In this document: one piece after another, positions 24,950 to 38,049 of the stretch
Layout: every line of letters starts with the position of its first letter
How positions within the stretch are numbered: position 1 is the first letter of the stretch
Assembly: GCF_004010195.1 (NCBI RefSeq)
Contig: NC_057719.1
Location: 77,379,339 to 77,443,338 of the forward strand
Source of the DNA: Chiloscyllium plagiosum
Taxonomy: Eukaryota
Length of the DNA stretch: 64,000 bases
Direction of reading: 5' to 3'
The notes under the pieces: model-generated
The model's database searches: none
Seen by the model: the letters and a program-made list of their open reading frames with translations, nothing else
What the model was told of the DNA's origin: nothing
Program-made: the position numbers and the translations under genes

Positions 24950-26175
24950 ATTTAATCCAGGAATGAGGGATTTTAACATCAAGGTTAAACTGAGAAAACT
25001 GAGAATAAACTCTTTGAGCAAGGGAGATTGAAAAAAGTTTGATGAAGATGTACAAGACACCAATAGGTGTATGTAAGATGGACAAACATAAGTACTTTCT
25101 ATTGGTACAAGGAACAACAGGAATGGGGGAACATAGATTTAAGACTTTGGGCAAAAGACACAGATTGGTTATGAGGAAGAACTTTTTCATGTTTCATAAG
25201 AGTTTAAAGGGTTTGGTGCCAAATGCTGGAAAATGGGACTCGATTTATTTAGCATATCTGATCGTCATAGATGAGTTGGACTGAAGGGTCTGTTTCCATG
25301 CTGTACCTCTATGACTCTAAATGGCAATGACCTATGTTATAGACCAGAACAAATTCCCTCAAAAGATATGCCAGATCCTAACTTTTTCTTATTTTTAAGG
25401 TAAATGTAAGTGTGGCATTCCAGATGCAATTCGAATGGTTACACTACCAGAGTCAAAGCAAAATAGCCCTTTATTCATCCATTACAGTTGAAATACAACA
25501 AAAGAAAGAAGGAATTGGAATAACAGCTCTATTCGAAAACTTAATAGAATAATAGATACAGTAACTATTACTAATTAACTGTTCCAATATGGTAACATCC
25601 CATAAACACACCCTTGGAGAAAGACAAATTCAGAAAACAGATTGTGTCATCTGCAAGACCCATAGCAGGAAGAGAACCTCCAGCTTTTGGCTGTAGCCAA
25701 GGTAGGGAAAAAATAGCTTTTAGCTCTTCAAGACCCCAACGACAGCTGCTGAATGCTAAAACAAAAAAATCATGGTTCTGTGGGTGGGAGCTTGACTACA
25801 CCCATTCGGGCATCTCCTATTCCAACTTCCAAAAAAAATACATCCAGAGCTTCCCAATTTGTTTATGTTCTCATAGGCTGCTCACTTCCTGTCCTCCAAT
25901 CTCTCTCTAAAAGAAGCCAGGACAAAACACTTCTTTTCAAGCAACAGCATCATCATCCCTCGTTCTTACTGTGTTCAAGAGTATGAAAAGCAGAGACAAT
26001 AAATACTTTCAAAGACAATTGGATGGATAGTTGAGGGAAATGAACTTGAAGGAATAAAGGAATAGAGGAGGGGAATGAGATTGGTTGGATTATCCCTCTG
26101 AGAGGCAAAGACTTTGCATGGCATGTTCCATTAGGTCAGACAGCCTCTTTATGTGCTATAATAGTGATTCTATGA
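24950..26175 (+). mobile_element. Old CR1 3' end carrying nested insertions (a younger CR1 tail about 25195-25320 and a solo LTR)
   Basis: GEHRFKTLGK..MRKNFF resumes at about 25990 aaatactttcaaagacaattggat. Confidence 0.6.
25335..25955 (-). mobile_element. Solo-LTR-like insertion
   Basis: TG...CA-bounded non-coding block of about 620 bp interrupting a CR1 remnant; AATAAA on the minus strand. Confidence 0.45.
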
Positions 26176-27504
26176 TCATTTACTGAGTTATAACACACAT
26201 CTAGGAATTATTTTATATTCAGCGCTCAAACCATAAATCGACCAAGGGTTGCTGTTGTTGCTTACTTCATTATTTTCTGCAAAATATTCCATAATCTCCT
26301 TCCTCCAATCCATTCCATTTTAAATTGTTCCCATGCTACATCTTTAACTGAGAAGCTTCAAGAAAGAGGTGTGGGGAAATGACTGAAAATTGCTCCCAGA
26401 GCTCAGTCAATGAATGTATGTAGCCAGGCACACAGCCCTCAGCTCATACCTTCTACATGGTGACAGAGAATTATGGGTATAATAACCACCATGGAAAGAA
26501 GCCATTCAGCCCATCTAGTTCATTTTACTGGTTATCCTCTACATAAATCTTGTCCACTCCGTCTATCTCAGTTCAGTCCTCTCGTGTATCTTTTATTCAT
26601 TTTTCTGTTTTGAACTACCTTCTAGTTTCCTTTACAAATCAACTAGGTTACTCAACTTCTTCCAGAGGCGTTTGTCCAATTTTATAAACATTCTTGGAGA
26701 AAGTAATTTCTTTTTGTGATTGGGTTTCTCTATTAGGCTGGATTAAACATTATCATGGCCCATAGATATGTCATCTCCCACAAATGGAAACGTTCACTTC
26801 CCATCTACTCTGCCCCACCCACTCATAAAGGCAAATATTTCATCAGGTCTCTCTAATGCATTTTTTATTCTAAAGAAAAGGCCTCAACCTGTTCATTATT
26901 TCCTCAAAGCTGTAACATTATAGTTCTGCTTGCATCTTTGTAAATCTTTTTATGTCTCCAGTGCTTCTTCATAACGTGCAAACCAGAACTGTGTACAAGG
27001 TTTCCAAACATGGCCTAACCAGGCTCCGTTACATGTTTAACATAAGTTCATGATTTTTGAATTTGAAACTCTTATAAAGCAATCCCATGCTTGTGAAGAA
27101 ACTCAAAGGACTGTGTGCAGTCATTGTGGTGTTTTGTGTCTACTTGGAACCTTAAGCTACCAACCTCAATAGTCTTGAACACGTTCAAAATCTTCTGCCC
27201 AGGAGTTGAAATTACTGAAGCATTTGATGGTTGCAAAACAATTGTGCTATTCTGGTAACTGCATAAATTGCTTGAATTTTGCTCTCGGCCATCAGCCTTG
27301 AAATGTGTTCATTTTACAGCTGCTGTTCCGATCCATTGCAAAGCAACAGTGCTTTGTGCAGTCTTGCCAGAATCCCAGTGGGAACATCAGGCTCTGTGGC
27401 CATGAAAGCTCAATGAATCTAAGTCAAAAATCAGCTACGTGGATACATGGTGTGAATGTTCATTCCAAAATGTTCTATTGGATCCAAAGTCAGGAAAGTC
27501 GGCA

Positions 27505-28640
27505 GGTCTGTAAAGACTCTTACAAATTCTTACAGATGTACCATAGAAAGCATCCTACCTGGATGCATCACAGCATGGTATGGCAGCTGCTCTTCCCAAG
27601 ACCGAATGAAAATATAGAAAGTTGTGAATGTAGCCTAGTTCATCACACAAACCAGCTTCCATTGACAACAAAAAACAGAAGTTGCTGGAAAAGCTCAGCA
27701 GGTCTGGCAGTATCTGTGACGAGAAATCAGTATTAACATTTTGGGTCCGGTGACTGTTTCTCAGAATAGATGGTCTTTCGAAATGTCAGTTTATATGCAG
27801 AGGGTAGGGTGTGGGAAGGGGCAAGGAGCAAGTGATAGGTGAGGATAGAGCCCAAAGAGAGAGAGGAACAGTTAGACAGAAAAGAAGTGGATGGTGGGAG
27901 GGTGAATAGCTGTTAATGGAGACTGTCCGCGGCTAACAATGGATATTGTGTAATGGCAGACCATGTGATAATAAGGCCTGGTGTAGGAGGTAGGGGCTAG
28001 GGCATGGGGGAGTTCAGGTCATAAAATTATTAAACTCCATTTCGAGTCCAAAGGCTGCAAGGTGCCCAAGTGGAAAATGAGGTGTTGTTCTTCCAGCTTG
28101 GGCTGAGTTTCGATGGAACACTGCAGCAAGTCTGAGGCAGAGATTTTGACCAGGGACCTGCAACGTTTACTCTGATTTCTCTTCATAGATGCAATCAGAC
28201 CTGCTGAGCTTTTCCAGTAAATTCTGTTTTGTTTCTGATTCACAACATCTGCAGTTCTTTTGCTTTTTATATCCCATCTTGACTTCATCTATTTTTCTTG
28301 CTGCCTTGGGAAAATAACCCACATAATCAAAGATCCCCATCCCCCCAACCACCATCGGGCTGTACTCTCTTCAACCCTGTTCTGTCGGGCAGAAGGATAT
28401 AAAGATTTGCACATACATATAAATAGATTCAAGAACAGCTTCTTCCCCGCTGTTATGAGACTTTAATGTTAATATTGATCTCTCTCTGCACCTTCTGGGC
28501 AGTTGTAACTTGATACCCTGCACTCTGTTCTGGTTACCCTGATGCATTTGTACGGTGCAATCTGTCTGTAAAGCGCGTAAGACAACACTTTTCACTGTAC
28601 CTCAGTAGGCGTGACAGTAGTAAGTCAAATCAATATCAAT
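27505..28640 (+). mobile_element. Rex1/Babar-like 3' fragment split by a PLE insertion
   Basis: 27505-27664 and 28270-28640 are collinear with 3170-3700. Confidence 0.8.
27665..28270 (-). mobile_element. PLE 3' fragment (GIY-YIG C-terminus and tail) with an inverted partial tail
   Basis: KLEEQHLIFHLGTLQP on the minus strand; decayed hammerhead at 27735-27764(-); inverted tail copy at 28161-28270(+). Confidence 0.8.
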
Positions 28641-29079
28641 ATGATATAAGGTCACCAGAGAGCTCTGGAGAACAGCAAGCCAGAGATTTCAGGGATGAAC
28701 ATCCTGAAGTTTTGCTTGTATGCCATTATTGATTGGAATGTATTTAAGTAAGGGTTTTATTGAGGGGAATAGTCTGTTGCTCACAAATCAGATATATTGC
28801 AGATGATTTCAGGGTAAACAATATTTGATTAGTTTTTTTTATGCTGGCAAGGGATAAAGTAGTCTACTGTAATCAATAGCATAAAATGGCAAAACCAGAA
28901 ACTCCACCACAAGGGAAATTGCCAGCATCAAATAAATAACTGCACTTTCAGTTTTGAGGAAGGAAAAATTGAGGCTGAGTCATCCAAAGCCTCCCGTAAA
29001 ACTGCTATCAAAATTACTACTTCTGGCAAACCAACCACATGCAGCTTACGACTAAGCGTTAGATTTAAACCAGCCTGAA

Positions 29080-29525
29080 TTTAGTTATTTATCTTTAATT
29101 CACCTGTGAGACATGGACATCACCAGCTGGGCCTGCATTTATTACCCGTCCCTAGTTGTTCTTGAGAAGGTGGTGGTGAGCTGTCTCCTTGAACTGCTGC
29201 AGTCCACTTGCTGTAGGATGTGCACAATGCAGTGATTGATACAACTGAGTGGCTTGCCAGACACTCTCAGAGGGCAGCTGACAGTCACCCACATTGCTGT
29301 GGCTCTGGAGTCACATGTAGACCAGACCAGGTGGAGGTGGCAGATTTCCTTCCCTGAAGGACATTAGTAATCCAGAGGGTTTTTTTCTGACAATGGTCAA
29401 TGGTTTCATAGTTATCAGTAGATTCTTAATTCCAGATATTTTCTATTGAATTCAAATTCCACCATCTGCCGTGGTAGGATTCAAGTCTGGGCCCCCAGGA
29501 TATTAGCTGAATTTCTGGATTTCTG
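29080..29525 (-). mobile_element. tRNA-derived SINE with LINE-derived tail
   Basis: Reverse complement of the 21390 family, plus a tail shared with the 12180-12630 LINE. Confidence 0.75.
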
Positions 29526-30371
29526 AATATTTGAATCTATATCCACCAAATTATAAATATGCAGATCACTGAACTTTTCATGCCCAACATTACCCACATC
29601 AATGCACAAAAAGAAACTTAATAAGGACACTTCTTCACAAGTGGAAATGAGGATAGTTTCCCACCAGTTTTCCAACCAATAGTGCGATCCCTGTCATCCA
29701 ACCCAATGTCCTCATTCCTGTGTACGGAATTGCAATGGTGCTGAAATCTGCTGGAAGGAAGTAAATCAGGATTGTTGTTTTTAAATCCACAAGAGTTTCT
29801 GTTTTATGTTGCATTTTTATTAAACTTTTTGTTCTCAACAATATTAATTATTCAGCCAATTTCCCATGAGTATTCCGATGAATTAATTTTCCTTCATTTG
29901 GCAAAAGCAGAGGCAATAATGAACAAATTATGGAGTGTAATAGCATCACCCTTTATCAATTGCTGTAACATGTTTCTTCTAATCATTGGTTATTTAAAAC
30001 TGTATTAATTGCAGCACAGACCTAAGGATGTCTAATTCTCTGATAAGACATTAATTTTCTCATGGGGCATTAGTCCTCAGTCGATCAGTCCTCTGTTACG
30101 GCCTCACCTTCATTCCCCTACACTCAGGGATCAATGAATTTGACATGTGTTGTGACACCGAACACGTCTTCCGCTGCCTTCGTCTCCATGCTTACTTTTT
30201 CCATCATGAATGGACTAAAAAGAAAACTGAGTGCATTTATGCCTGTGAAAAATATGGAAAATCATTGTCGATAAGGAAATCATCAAGGTACAGACAATCA
30301 GGTAATTTTAACCTAATGCAAATGGAGGGAACAGAACAGAATTGGAATGGCCACCTGTTTAATACCCTCAG

Positions 30372-32690
30372 AGTACCCCTTCTCCCGCCTCCAACACACA
30401 CCATCCATCTGGACACTCTGTGCTGGTCTGTTACTGCCCTCGATCTCCTCATTTCCAACTGCCACCGTGACACTGACCGCCTCAACCTGTCCACCCCCCC
30501 CCATCACCCGCTCCAACTTCTCATCCTTGCAACGTGCACCCCTCCACTCCCTCTGCTCCAACCCCAACCTCACCATCAAATCTGCAGACAGTGGGGAGGG
30601 GCGTGGGTGGGGGGAGGAGGGTTGGCAGGTGCAGTGATAGTTTGGTGCACCAACCTCTACACCATTGAAGACAGGTGCCAACTCACAGACACCTCCTCCT
30701 ACTGACACCCTCGACCACGACTTCACCTCCCATTACCAAACCATCATCTCCCAGGCCATCCACAACCTCATCACCTCTGGGGGTCTCCCATCCACAGCCT
30801 CCAACCCCCTACCCAAAATTCACAAACCTGACTGCCCCAGTTGACCCATTGTCGCAGCCTACTCCTGCCCCACTGAAAATATCTCCTCATACCTTGATAC
30901 TGTCCTGTCCCCCTTGGTCCAGGAACTCCCCACCTACATTCAAGTCACCACTCACACCCTCCACCTTCTCCAGGACTTTCATTTCCCAGGCCCCCACCTT
31001 CATCTTCACCATGGGCATCTAGTCCCTGTACACATGCATCCGTAATGATGAAGGCCTCCAAGCCCTCTGTTTCTTCCTCTCACACCAACCCTACCAGTAC
31101 CATTCCACCGACACACGCATTCAATTGGCTGAACTGGTCCTCTAGGAGAAAGTGAGGACTGCAGATGCTGGAGATCATAGTTGAAAAATGTGATTCCTGA
31201 AGAAGGGCTTATGCCTGAAACGTCGATTCTCCTGCTCCTCGGATGATGCCTGACTCACTGTGCTTTTCCAGCACCACACTCAACTCTGATCTCCAGCATT
31301 TTCAGTCCTCACTTTCTCCCTCATGAAGCATTTTTCAGTTCTGAACTGGTCCTCACCTACAACAATTTCTCCTTCCAATCGTCTCACTTCCTCCAGACCA
31401 AAGGGATAGACATGGGTACCCGCATGGGCCCCAGCTATGCCTGATTCTTTGTCGGGTATGTGGAACAGTCCATCTTCCACAGCTACACTGGTACCATTCT
31501 CCACCTTTTCGTCCACTACATCAATGACTGCATCAGCACCACTTCATGCTCTCGCAAGGAGGTTGAACAGTTCATCAACTTCACTAACACTTTCCATCTC
31601 AACCTCAAGTTCACCTGGACCATCTTGGACACCTCCCTCCCCTTCCTGGACCTCTCCATCTCTATTTCCAGTGACTAACTCAACACAGACATTTACTACA
31701 AACCTACCTGGATGACACATCCTCCCACCCTGCCTCCTGTAAAAATGCTATTCCTTATTCCCAATTCTTTTCCCTCTGCCGTATCTGCTCCCAGGAGGAC
31801 CAATTCCAGCCTAGAACATCCCAGATGGCCTCCTTCTTCAAAGACTACAAGTTCCCTCCCATGTGGTCGATGATGTTATCTAGCACATCTCTTCCACTTC
31901 CCACACCTCCATCCTTGAACACCACCTTTCCGATCGCAACAAGAACAGGAATCCCCTGGTGCTCATCTTCTACCTCACCAACATTCATTTACACCGCATC
32001 ATCCTCTACTATTTCTGCTGCCTTCAAACATACCCCACCACCAGGGCTATATTTCCCTCCCCACCCCTATCTGTGTTCCAGAGAGACCATTTCTTCTGCG
32101 ACTTCCTTATCAGGCCGACGCTCCCCCACCAACCCACCCTTCACTCACGGCACCTTCCCCTGCCACCGCAGGAATTGTGAAACCTGCACCACACCTCCCC
32201 CCTCACCTCCATCCCAGACCCAAAGGATTCTTCCACATCTGACAGAGATTTAACTGTAGTCCCACATACCTCATCTACTGTGTCCATTGCTCCCAATGTG
32301 GTCATCTCTACATTGGGGAGACAGGACACCAACTTGCAGAATTGTTCAGAGAACATTTCCAGGACACACGCTCTAAACAATCCCACTGCCCAGTGACCGA
32401 ACACCTCAACTTCCCATCCCACATGCAAGTCCTGGGCGCCTCTATAGCCAAACCCTAATCACCCGATGCCTGGAGGAAGAACGCCTCACCTTCCACCTTG
32501 GGACACTCCAACCATACAGGATTAGTGTGGATTTCACCAGTTTCCTCATTTCCCCTCGCCCCACCTTATCCCAGATCCAACCTTCTCAATTCTCCTGCTC
32601 CCCGGATGATGCCTGACTCACTGTGCTTTTCCAGCACCACACTTAACTCTGATCTCCAGCATTTTCAGTCCTCACATTCTCCCTCATGAG
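30372..32690 (+). pseudogene. Penelope-like retroelement (probably Neptune clade), RT plus GIY-YIG endonuclease, degenerate
   Basis: PKIHKP, NFSFQSSHFLQTKGIDMGTRMGPSYA, YIND (YxDD), LPFLDL, C..RNC.TC and LIYCVHCSQCGHLYIGETG motifs; stops and frameshifts. Confidence 0.92.
31143..31340 (+). mobile_element. PLE-tail insertion within the PLE RT, with 14-bp TSD and hammerhead core
   Basis: TSD ctgaactggtcctc at 31129-31142 and 31341-31354; 31197-31224 CTGAAGA-A-GGGC-TTAT-GCCT-GAAA-CGTC. Confidence 0.9.
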
Positions 32691-33989
32691 GCATTAGTCA
32701 AAGTATACAAAAAACCCTTAAATGGCCAATTTAAATTTATGAATTAGACTTGAAAAGTGACTGAATAATGGATCTGGCAAGTGCAATGTCATGAGAAATC
32801 ATTACTTTGCTTTGAAGCATAACATCAAAATGACGCTCCGTATGTTTCTCAAATAAAATGGACAGCCACAATCAGCATCACTTCAGACCTCGGTGATCCC
32901 TATGTCCGGATAATCACATTGCTGTTAACGTTAGTCTATCTCCATTGAAATAATCCACTCATGATTATTAATTCATTGAAGGCTACGCTTTATTTCTCCA
33001 AGGTAAGAGTTTGTTTTCATTTTAGCTCTGAACCATTACACATCCATCACCAGCAGGGCACACCTATAAAATGCAGTATTTTGGACAGTGTAACTCCCTC
33101 AGTGACCAACTGACTGCAAATTGATTTGACCTGAAGATAGTTTGGCACAGAGTCCGACATGTAATTTTTTTCTCTCGCCCTGAAGGGCAGAAATCCAAAG
33201 CTATTGCAATTGCTGTGTAGTTTTATCAATCTGATTCCACATTCCCCTTAACCATCATTTAACAGATAAATGCATATCTTGTAGTACTCAGCTACAAGGT
33301 AGGACTGCCAACTCCAGTTGGAGGCAATGCCTGGAGATCTGATCATTTGTCATTACTGCCTGTTCATTAAATCAAATATTTATCTGAATCTCATGTGCAC
33401 TAAATTGCAATCTTGACCTCAATGACTTATGATGAGACCATCCATGGGCTAAAAGTCCTCAGCTCAAGAACCAGCTTTCTCCTTGCTTCATTGAACCAGA
33501 ATCTAGTTCACCAGTGGAAATGATATTTCACAGAGTAATACCCCTAGGTTTCATTCATCCCACGAATGACTGCTCCTCTCTCAGTGCCATGACCATTTAC
33601 CGCATTGCTGTTGATGATGCTTCACCTGTGGAAAATGTTAGTTCCTACTGGTTTCCAAATCCATATTTCCACAAGCTCCCATTCCTATACTCTTCTAGCC
33701 CTGAATTCCCAAGTCCCTAATAAACTGATCTTCCATTATCTCACTTTCACCAGATCTGCAGACAGAGGTCCAGTCTATGAGATGGAGTTGAATGATGTCT
33801 GTGGAGCTAAACTGTGCCTGGACCTCTCCAAATGGAAGCTTTGCTGCCACCAATGTACTATACATATCAGAATCTACAAGATCTACTTGGTCTAGTGTAG
33901 TAGAGAAAAAACACTTCTGATCTAACTAAATAGGGACTTGGATTGAACAAGAAGTAGTTTATTGTATGTTACAGGCTGCGTTGACATTA

Positions 33990-34410
33990 TAGACATGATG
34001 ATAAATATAAGAAGCTTGACTCCATCCAGATATAAATCAGCATGCTTGATTCGCACCCCATCTACCGTATTCAATGTTCACTCTCTTAACTGTGTACCGT
34101 CTCCATGATTCACTGTAATATCTACTCTATCAGCACTTTCAAAACCCACAACTCTACCACATAGAAGGTAAAGGGCATGGGATATCACCACCTGCACGTT
34201 TCCCTCCAAGTAACATAACACACTCAGTTGGAAATATATCTCTGTTCTTCCACTGTTGATGAGTCAAAATCTTGGAACGCCCTTCCCTAATCTCACTATG
34301 GTGTCCCTACACCACAAGGCTGAAATGGTTTAAGATGGCAGCTCATCACCAACCTTTCTACAGCTGTTAGGGACGGGCAATAAACCCTGGCCCAGCCCAT
34401 GAATAAAAGA
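33990..34410 (+). mobile_element. Old CR1/L2-clade LINE 3' end
   Basis: Homologous to 12180-12630. Confidence 0.65.
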
Positions 34411-34629
34411 GCAAATTACAGAGACAATGTGCCAAATCTGAATAGTAGATCGCACTCCTTAGAGCTGTTCTGTCCATAAATTCATATGATATCATCCTAG
34501 TGCTTGTCACATTCCTCAGTATTAACTGTTTTTGACCCATACTCTACACCATCTTTCTTTTAACCACTACTACTATTACATAATTATATAAATAATTATG
34601 TATACTATTGCCTCACTTATCTCACTTTT

Positions 34630-34994
34630 TAGATGAGACTCAATCTAAACATCATGGCATTGGCACAGGGGGCTAACACCTTCAACATATTGTCTAGCTA
34701 ACATCAATTGTTACAGTTATCCTGAGAATGCAACTTTTTAAAAAAAGTTTTGTGATTAAAAAAAAAAGTGAAACTATCATGGTGTTAGAACAGATGAAAG
34801 ACTCAACAGACAATCAAGGTATTTCAATGTATAATTTCAGTTAAATCACACTGTAAACTTTTGCTATAAATTCTGTGCCTTACAATTGTGTCCCCCACAA
34901 TCACATGATGAAGGAGCGACACTCTGAAAGCTAGTGTGCTTCCAATTAAACCTGTTGGACTATAACCTGGTGTGTGATTTTTAACTTTGTACAC
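34630..34994 (+). mobile_element. PLE 3' end (AGCT-hammerhead family)
   Basis: 34905-34933 ATGATGA-A-GGAGCGACACTCT-GAAA-GCTA, then aaacctgttggactataacctggtg as at 20447-20470. Confidence 0.7.
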
Positions 34995-37880
34995 CTGATC
35001 AGGTCGTGGAGATTTATCCACCTTTATGCATTTCAAGACATCCAGCACTTCCTCCTCTGTAATATGGACATTTTGCAAGGTGTCACCATCTATTTCCCTA
35101 CAGTCTATATCTTCCATATCCTTTTCCACAGTAAATACTGATGCAAAATACTCATTTAGTATCTCCTCCATTTTCTGCAGCTCTACACAAAGGCTGCCTT
35201 GCTGATCTTTGAGGGGCCCTATTCTCTCCCTAATTACCCTTTTGTCCTTAATGTATTGGTAAAAACCCTTTGGATTCTCCTTAACTCTATTTGCCAAAGC
35301 TATCTCATGTCCGCTTTTTGCCCTCCTGATTTCCCTCTTAAATATACTCCTACTGCCTTTACGGTTTTCTAAGGATTCACTCGATCTGTCCTGTCTATAC
35401 CTTACATATGCTTCCTTCTTTTTCTTAACAAAACCCTCAATTTCTATTCCTACCAGCCTTCCCTTTCACCCCAACAGGAATATACTTTCTCTGGATTCTC
35501 GTTATCTCACTTCTGAAGGCTTCCTATTTTCCAGCCGTCCCTTTACCTGCGAACATCCGCCCCCAATCTGTCAAAATTGGCCTTTCTCCAATTTCTCATT
35601 AGATTAGATTACAATGTGGAAACAGGCCCTTCGGCCCAACAAGTCCACACCGACCCGCCCATACCCCTACATTTACCCCTTACCTAACACTACGGGCAAT
35701 TTAGCATGGCCAATTCACCTGACCTGCACATCTTCGGACTGTGGGAGGAAACCGGAGCACTCGGAGGAAACCCACTCAGACACGGGGAGAACGTGCAAAC
35801 TCCACACAGTCAGTCGCCTGAGGCGGGAATTGAACCCGGGTCTCCGGCGCTGTGAGGCAGCAGTGCTAACCACTATGCTACCATGCCGCCTCGAGAGCTT
35901 CAACTTTTAGATCTGGTCTATCCTTTTCCATCACTATTTTAAAAATAATAGAATTATGGTCGCTGGCCCCAAAGTGCTCCCCCACTGACACCTCAGTCAC
36001 CTGCCCTGCCTTATTTCCCAAGAGTAGATCAGGTTTTGCACATCCACATTCTGAATCAGAAAATTTTCTTGTACATACTTAACAAATTCCTCTCCAAATA
36101 AACCCTTAACACTATGACAGCCCCAGTCTATGTTTGGAAAGTTAAAATCCCCAACCATAACCGCCCTATTATTCTTGCAGGTAGTTGAGATCTCCTTACA
36201 AGTTTGTTTCTCAATTTCCCTCTGACTATTAGGGGTCTATAATACAATCCCAATGAGGTAATCATCCCTTTCTTCTTTCTCAGTTCCACCCAAATAACTT
36301 CCCTGGATGTATTTCCAGGAATATCCTCCCTCAGCACAGCTGTAAAGCTATTCCTTATCGAAAATGCCACTCCCCCTCCTCTCTTGCCTCCCTTTCTGTC
36401 CTTCCTGTAGCATTTGTATCCTGGACCATTAAGCTGCCAGTCCTGTCCATCCCTGAGCCATGTTTCTGTAATTGCTGTAATATCCCAGTCCCATGTTCCT
36501 AACCATGCCCTGAGTTCATCTGCCTTCCCTGTTAGGCCCCTTGCATTGAAATAAATGCAGTTTAATTTATTTGTCCTACCTTGTCCCTGGCTGCCCTGAT
36601 TGTTTGACTCGCTTATGTTCTCAACTGGACCAGTCTCAGATTGATCTCTTTCCTCACTATCTCCCTGGGTCCCATCCCACTACCTTGCTAGTTTAAATCC
36701 TCCTGAGCAGCTCGAGCAAATCTCCCTGCCAGTATATTAGTCCCCTTCCAATTTAGGTGCAATCCGTCCTTCTCGTACAGGTTACTTCTACCCCAAAAGA
36801 GATTCCACTGATCCAAAAATGTGAATCCTTCTCCCATACACCAGTTCCTCAGCCACACATTCAGCTGCTCTATCCTTCTATTCCTGCCCTCACTAACTCA
36901 TAGCACCGGGAGTAATCCAGATATTACTACTCTCGAGGACCCCTTTTTAAAATTCCTGCCTAACCCTCTGTAATCTCCCTTCAGAATCTCAACCTTTTCC
37001 CTTCCTTTGTCAGTGGTTCCAATGTGGACAATGACCTCTTGCTGGCTCCTCTCCCCCTTGAGAAGATTCTGCACGCTCTCTGAGATATCCTTGATCCTAG
37101 CACCAGGGAGGCAACACACCATTCTGATTTTTCGCTGCTGGCCACAGAAATATCTATCTGTACCTCGGACTACAGAATCCGCTAACACAATTGATCTCTT
37201 GGAACCCGACGTACCCCTCGTTGCATTAGAGCCAGTCTCAATACCAGAAACTTGGCTGTTTGTGCTACATTCCCCTGAGAATCCATCATCCCTACATTTT
37301 CCAAAACAGCATACTTGTTTGAAATGCTGATAGCCACAGAAGACTCCTGCACTAGCTGCCTACCTCTCTTACCTTTCTTGGAGTTAACCCATCTATGTGA
37401 CTGTATCTGAAACATTCCCCCTTTCCTATAACTGACATCCATCACATACTGTTGCTGTTGCAAATTCCTCATTGCCTCTAACTGTCTCTCTGATAAGATT
37501 CGCAACCAAGAGCATTTATTGTGGATATAATCCGCAGTAACTCTTAAACTCTCTTTAATCTCCCACATCTGACAAGAAGCACATATCACTCTACTAAAGG
37601 CCATTTTTGCTCCTTCACAATCTACAGACCCAGAAAATAACATCGTCTTATTCCTCTACAAAACACTGCCCCAGGTTAAATTAAGAATTATGGCTTATTT
37701 TTTAAGTTTAAGCAAGAGTCATATCTCAAAAAACATATTATCAAGAAAGAACCCACTCTCCTCACTACTACAGACTTTCTGTAGGCCACACTTAAAACAA
37801 TTCACTTATCTGATTCTGTGCTGTGAACTTAGCCTAAATAGTCCCTCCAAGATTAGTTGTGAATTTCACTGTTTGTTAAT
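34995..37880 (-). mobile_element. CR1/HER1 LINE 5' half: 5'UTR, ORF1 (zinc finger and SGNH esterase), ORF2 N-terminus
   Basis: CASCQMWE..NKC; DSVVRGTDRYFCG..RMVCCLPGARIKDISE..VIVHIGT; ANRVKENPKGFYQYIK..KSPRPD. Confidence 0.93.
35599..35890 (-). mobile_element. HE1-type tRNA-derived SINE inserted in CR1
   Basis: Minus strand ggcggcatggtagcatagtggttagc (A box), gggttcaattccc (B box), CR1-like tail ending (aatct)n. Confidence 0.9.
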
Positions 37881-38049
37881 TTTGCCAGATGCAAGGAAAG
37901 AGAAATTGCTGGCAAAATTTATTTTTGGAGAGAAAACAGAGTTAATGTTTTGAGTCCAGTGACTCAATGTTAATCTGCTTTCTCCCCACAATTCTGTTTT
38001 TGTTTTATATCTTTGTTTTATTTTAATGTCTTCCATGGACTTGTGTGTA

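Noticed and set aside
30145..31022. Proline-rich host ORFs
   Set aside because: Off-frame readings of the C-rich Penelope remnant
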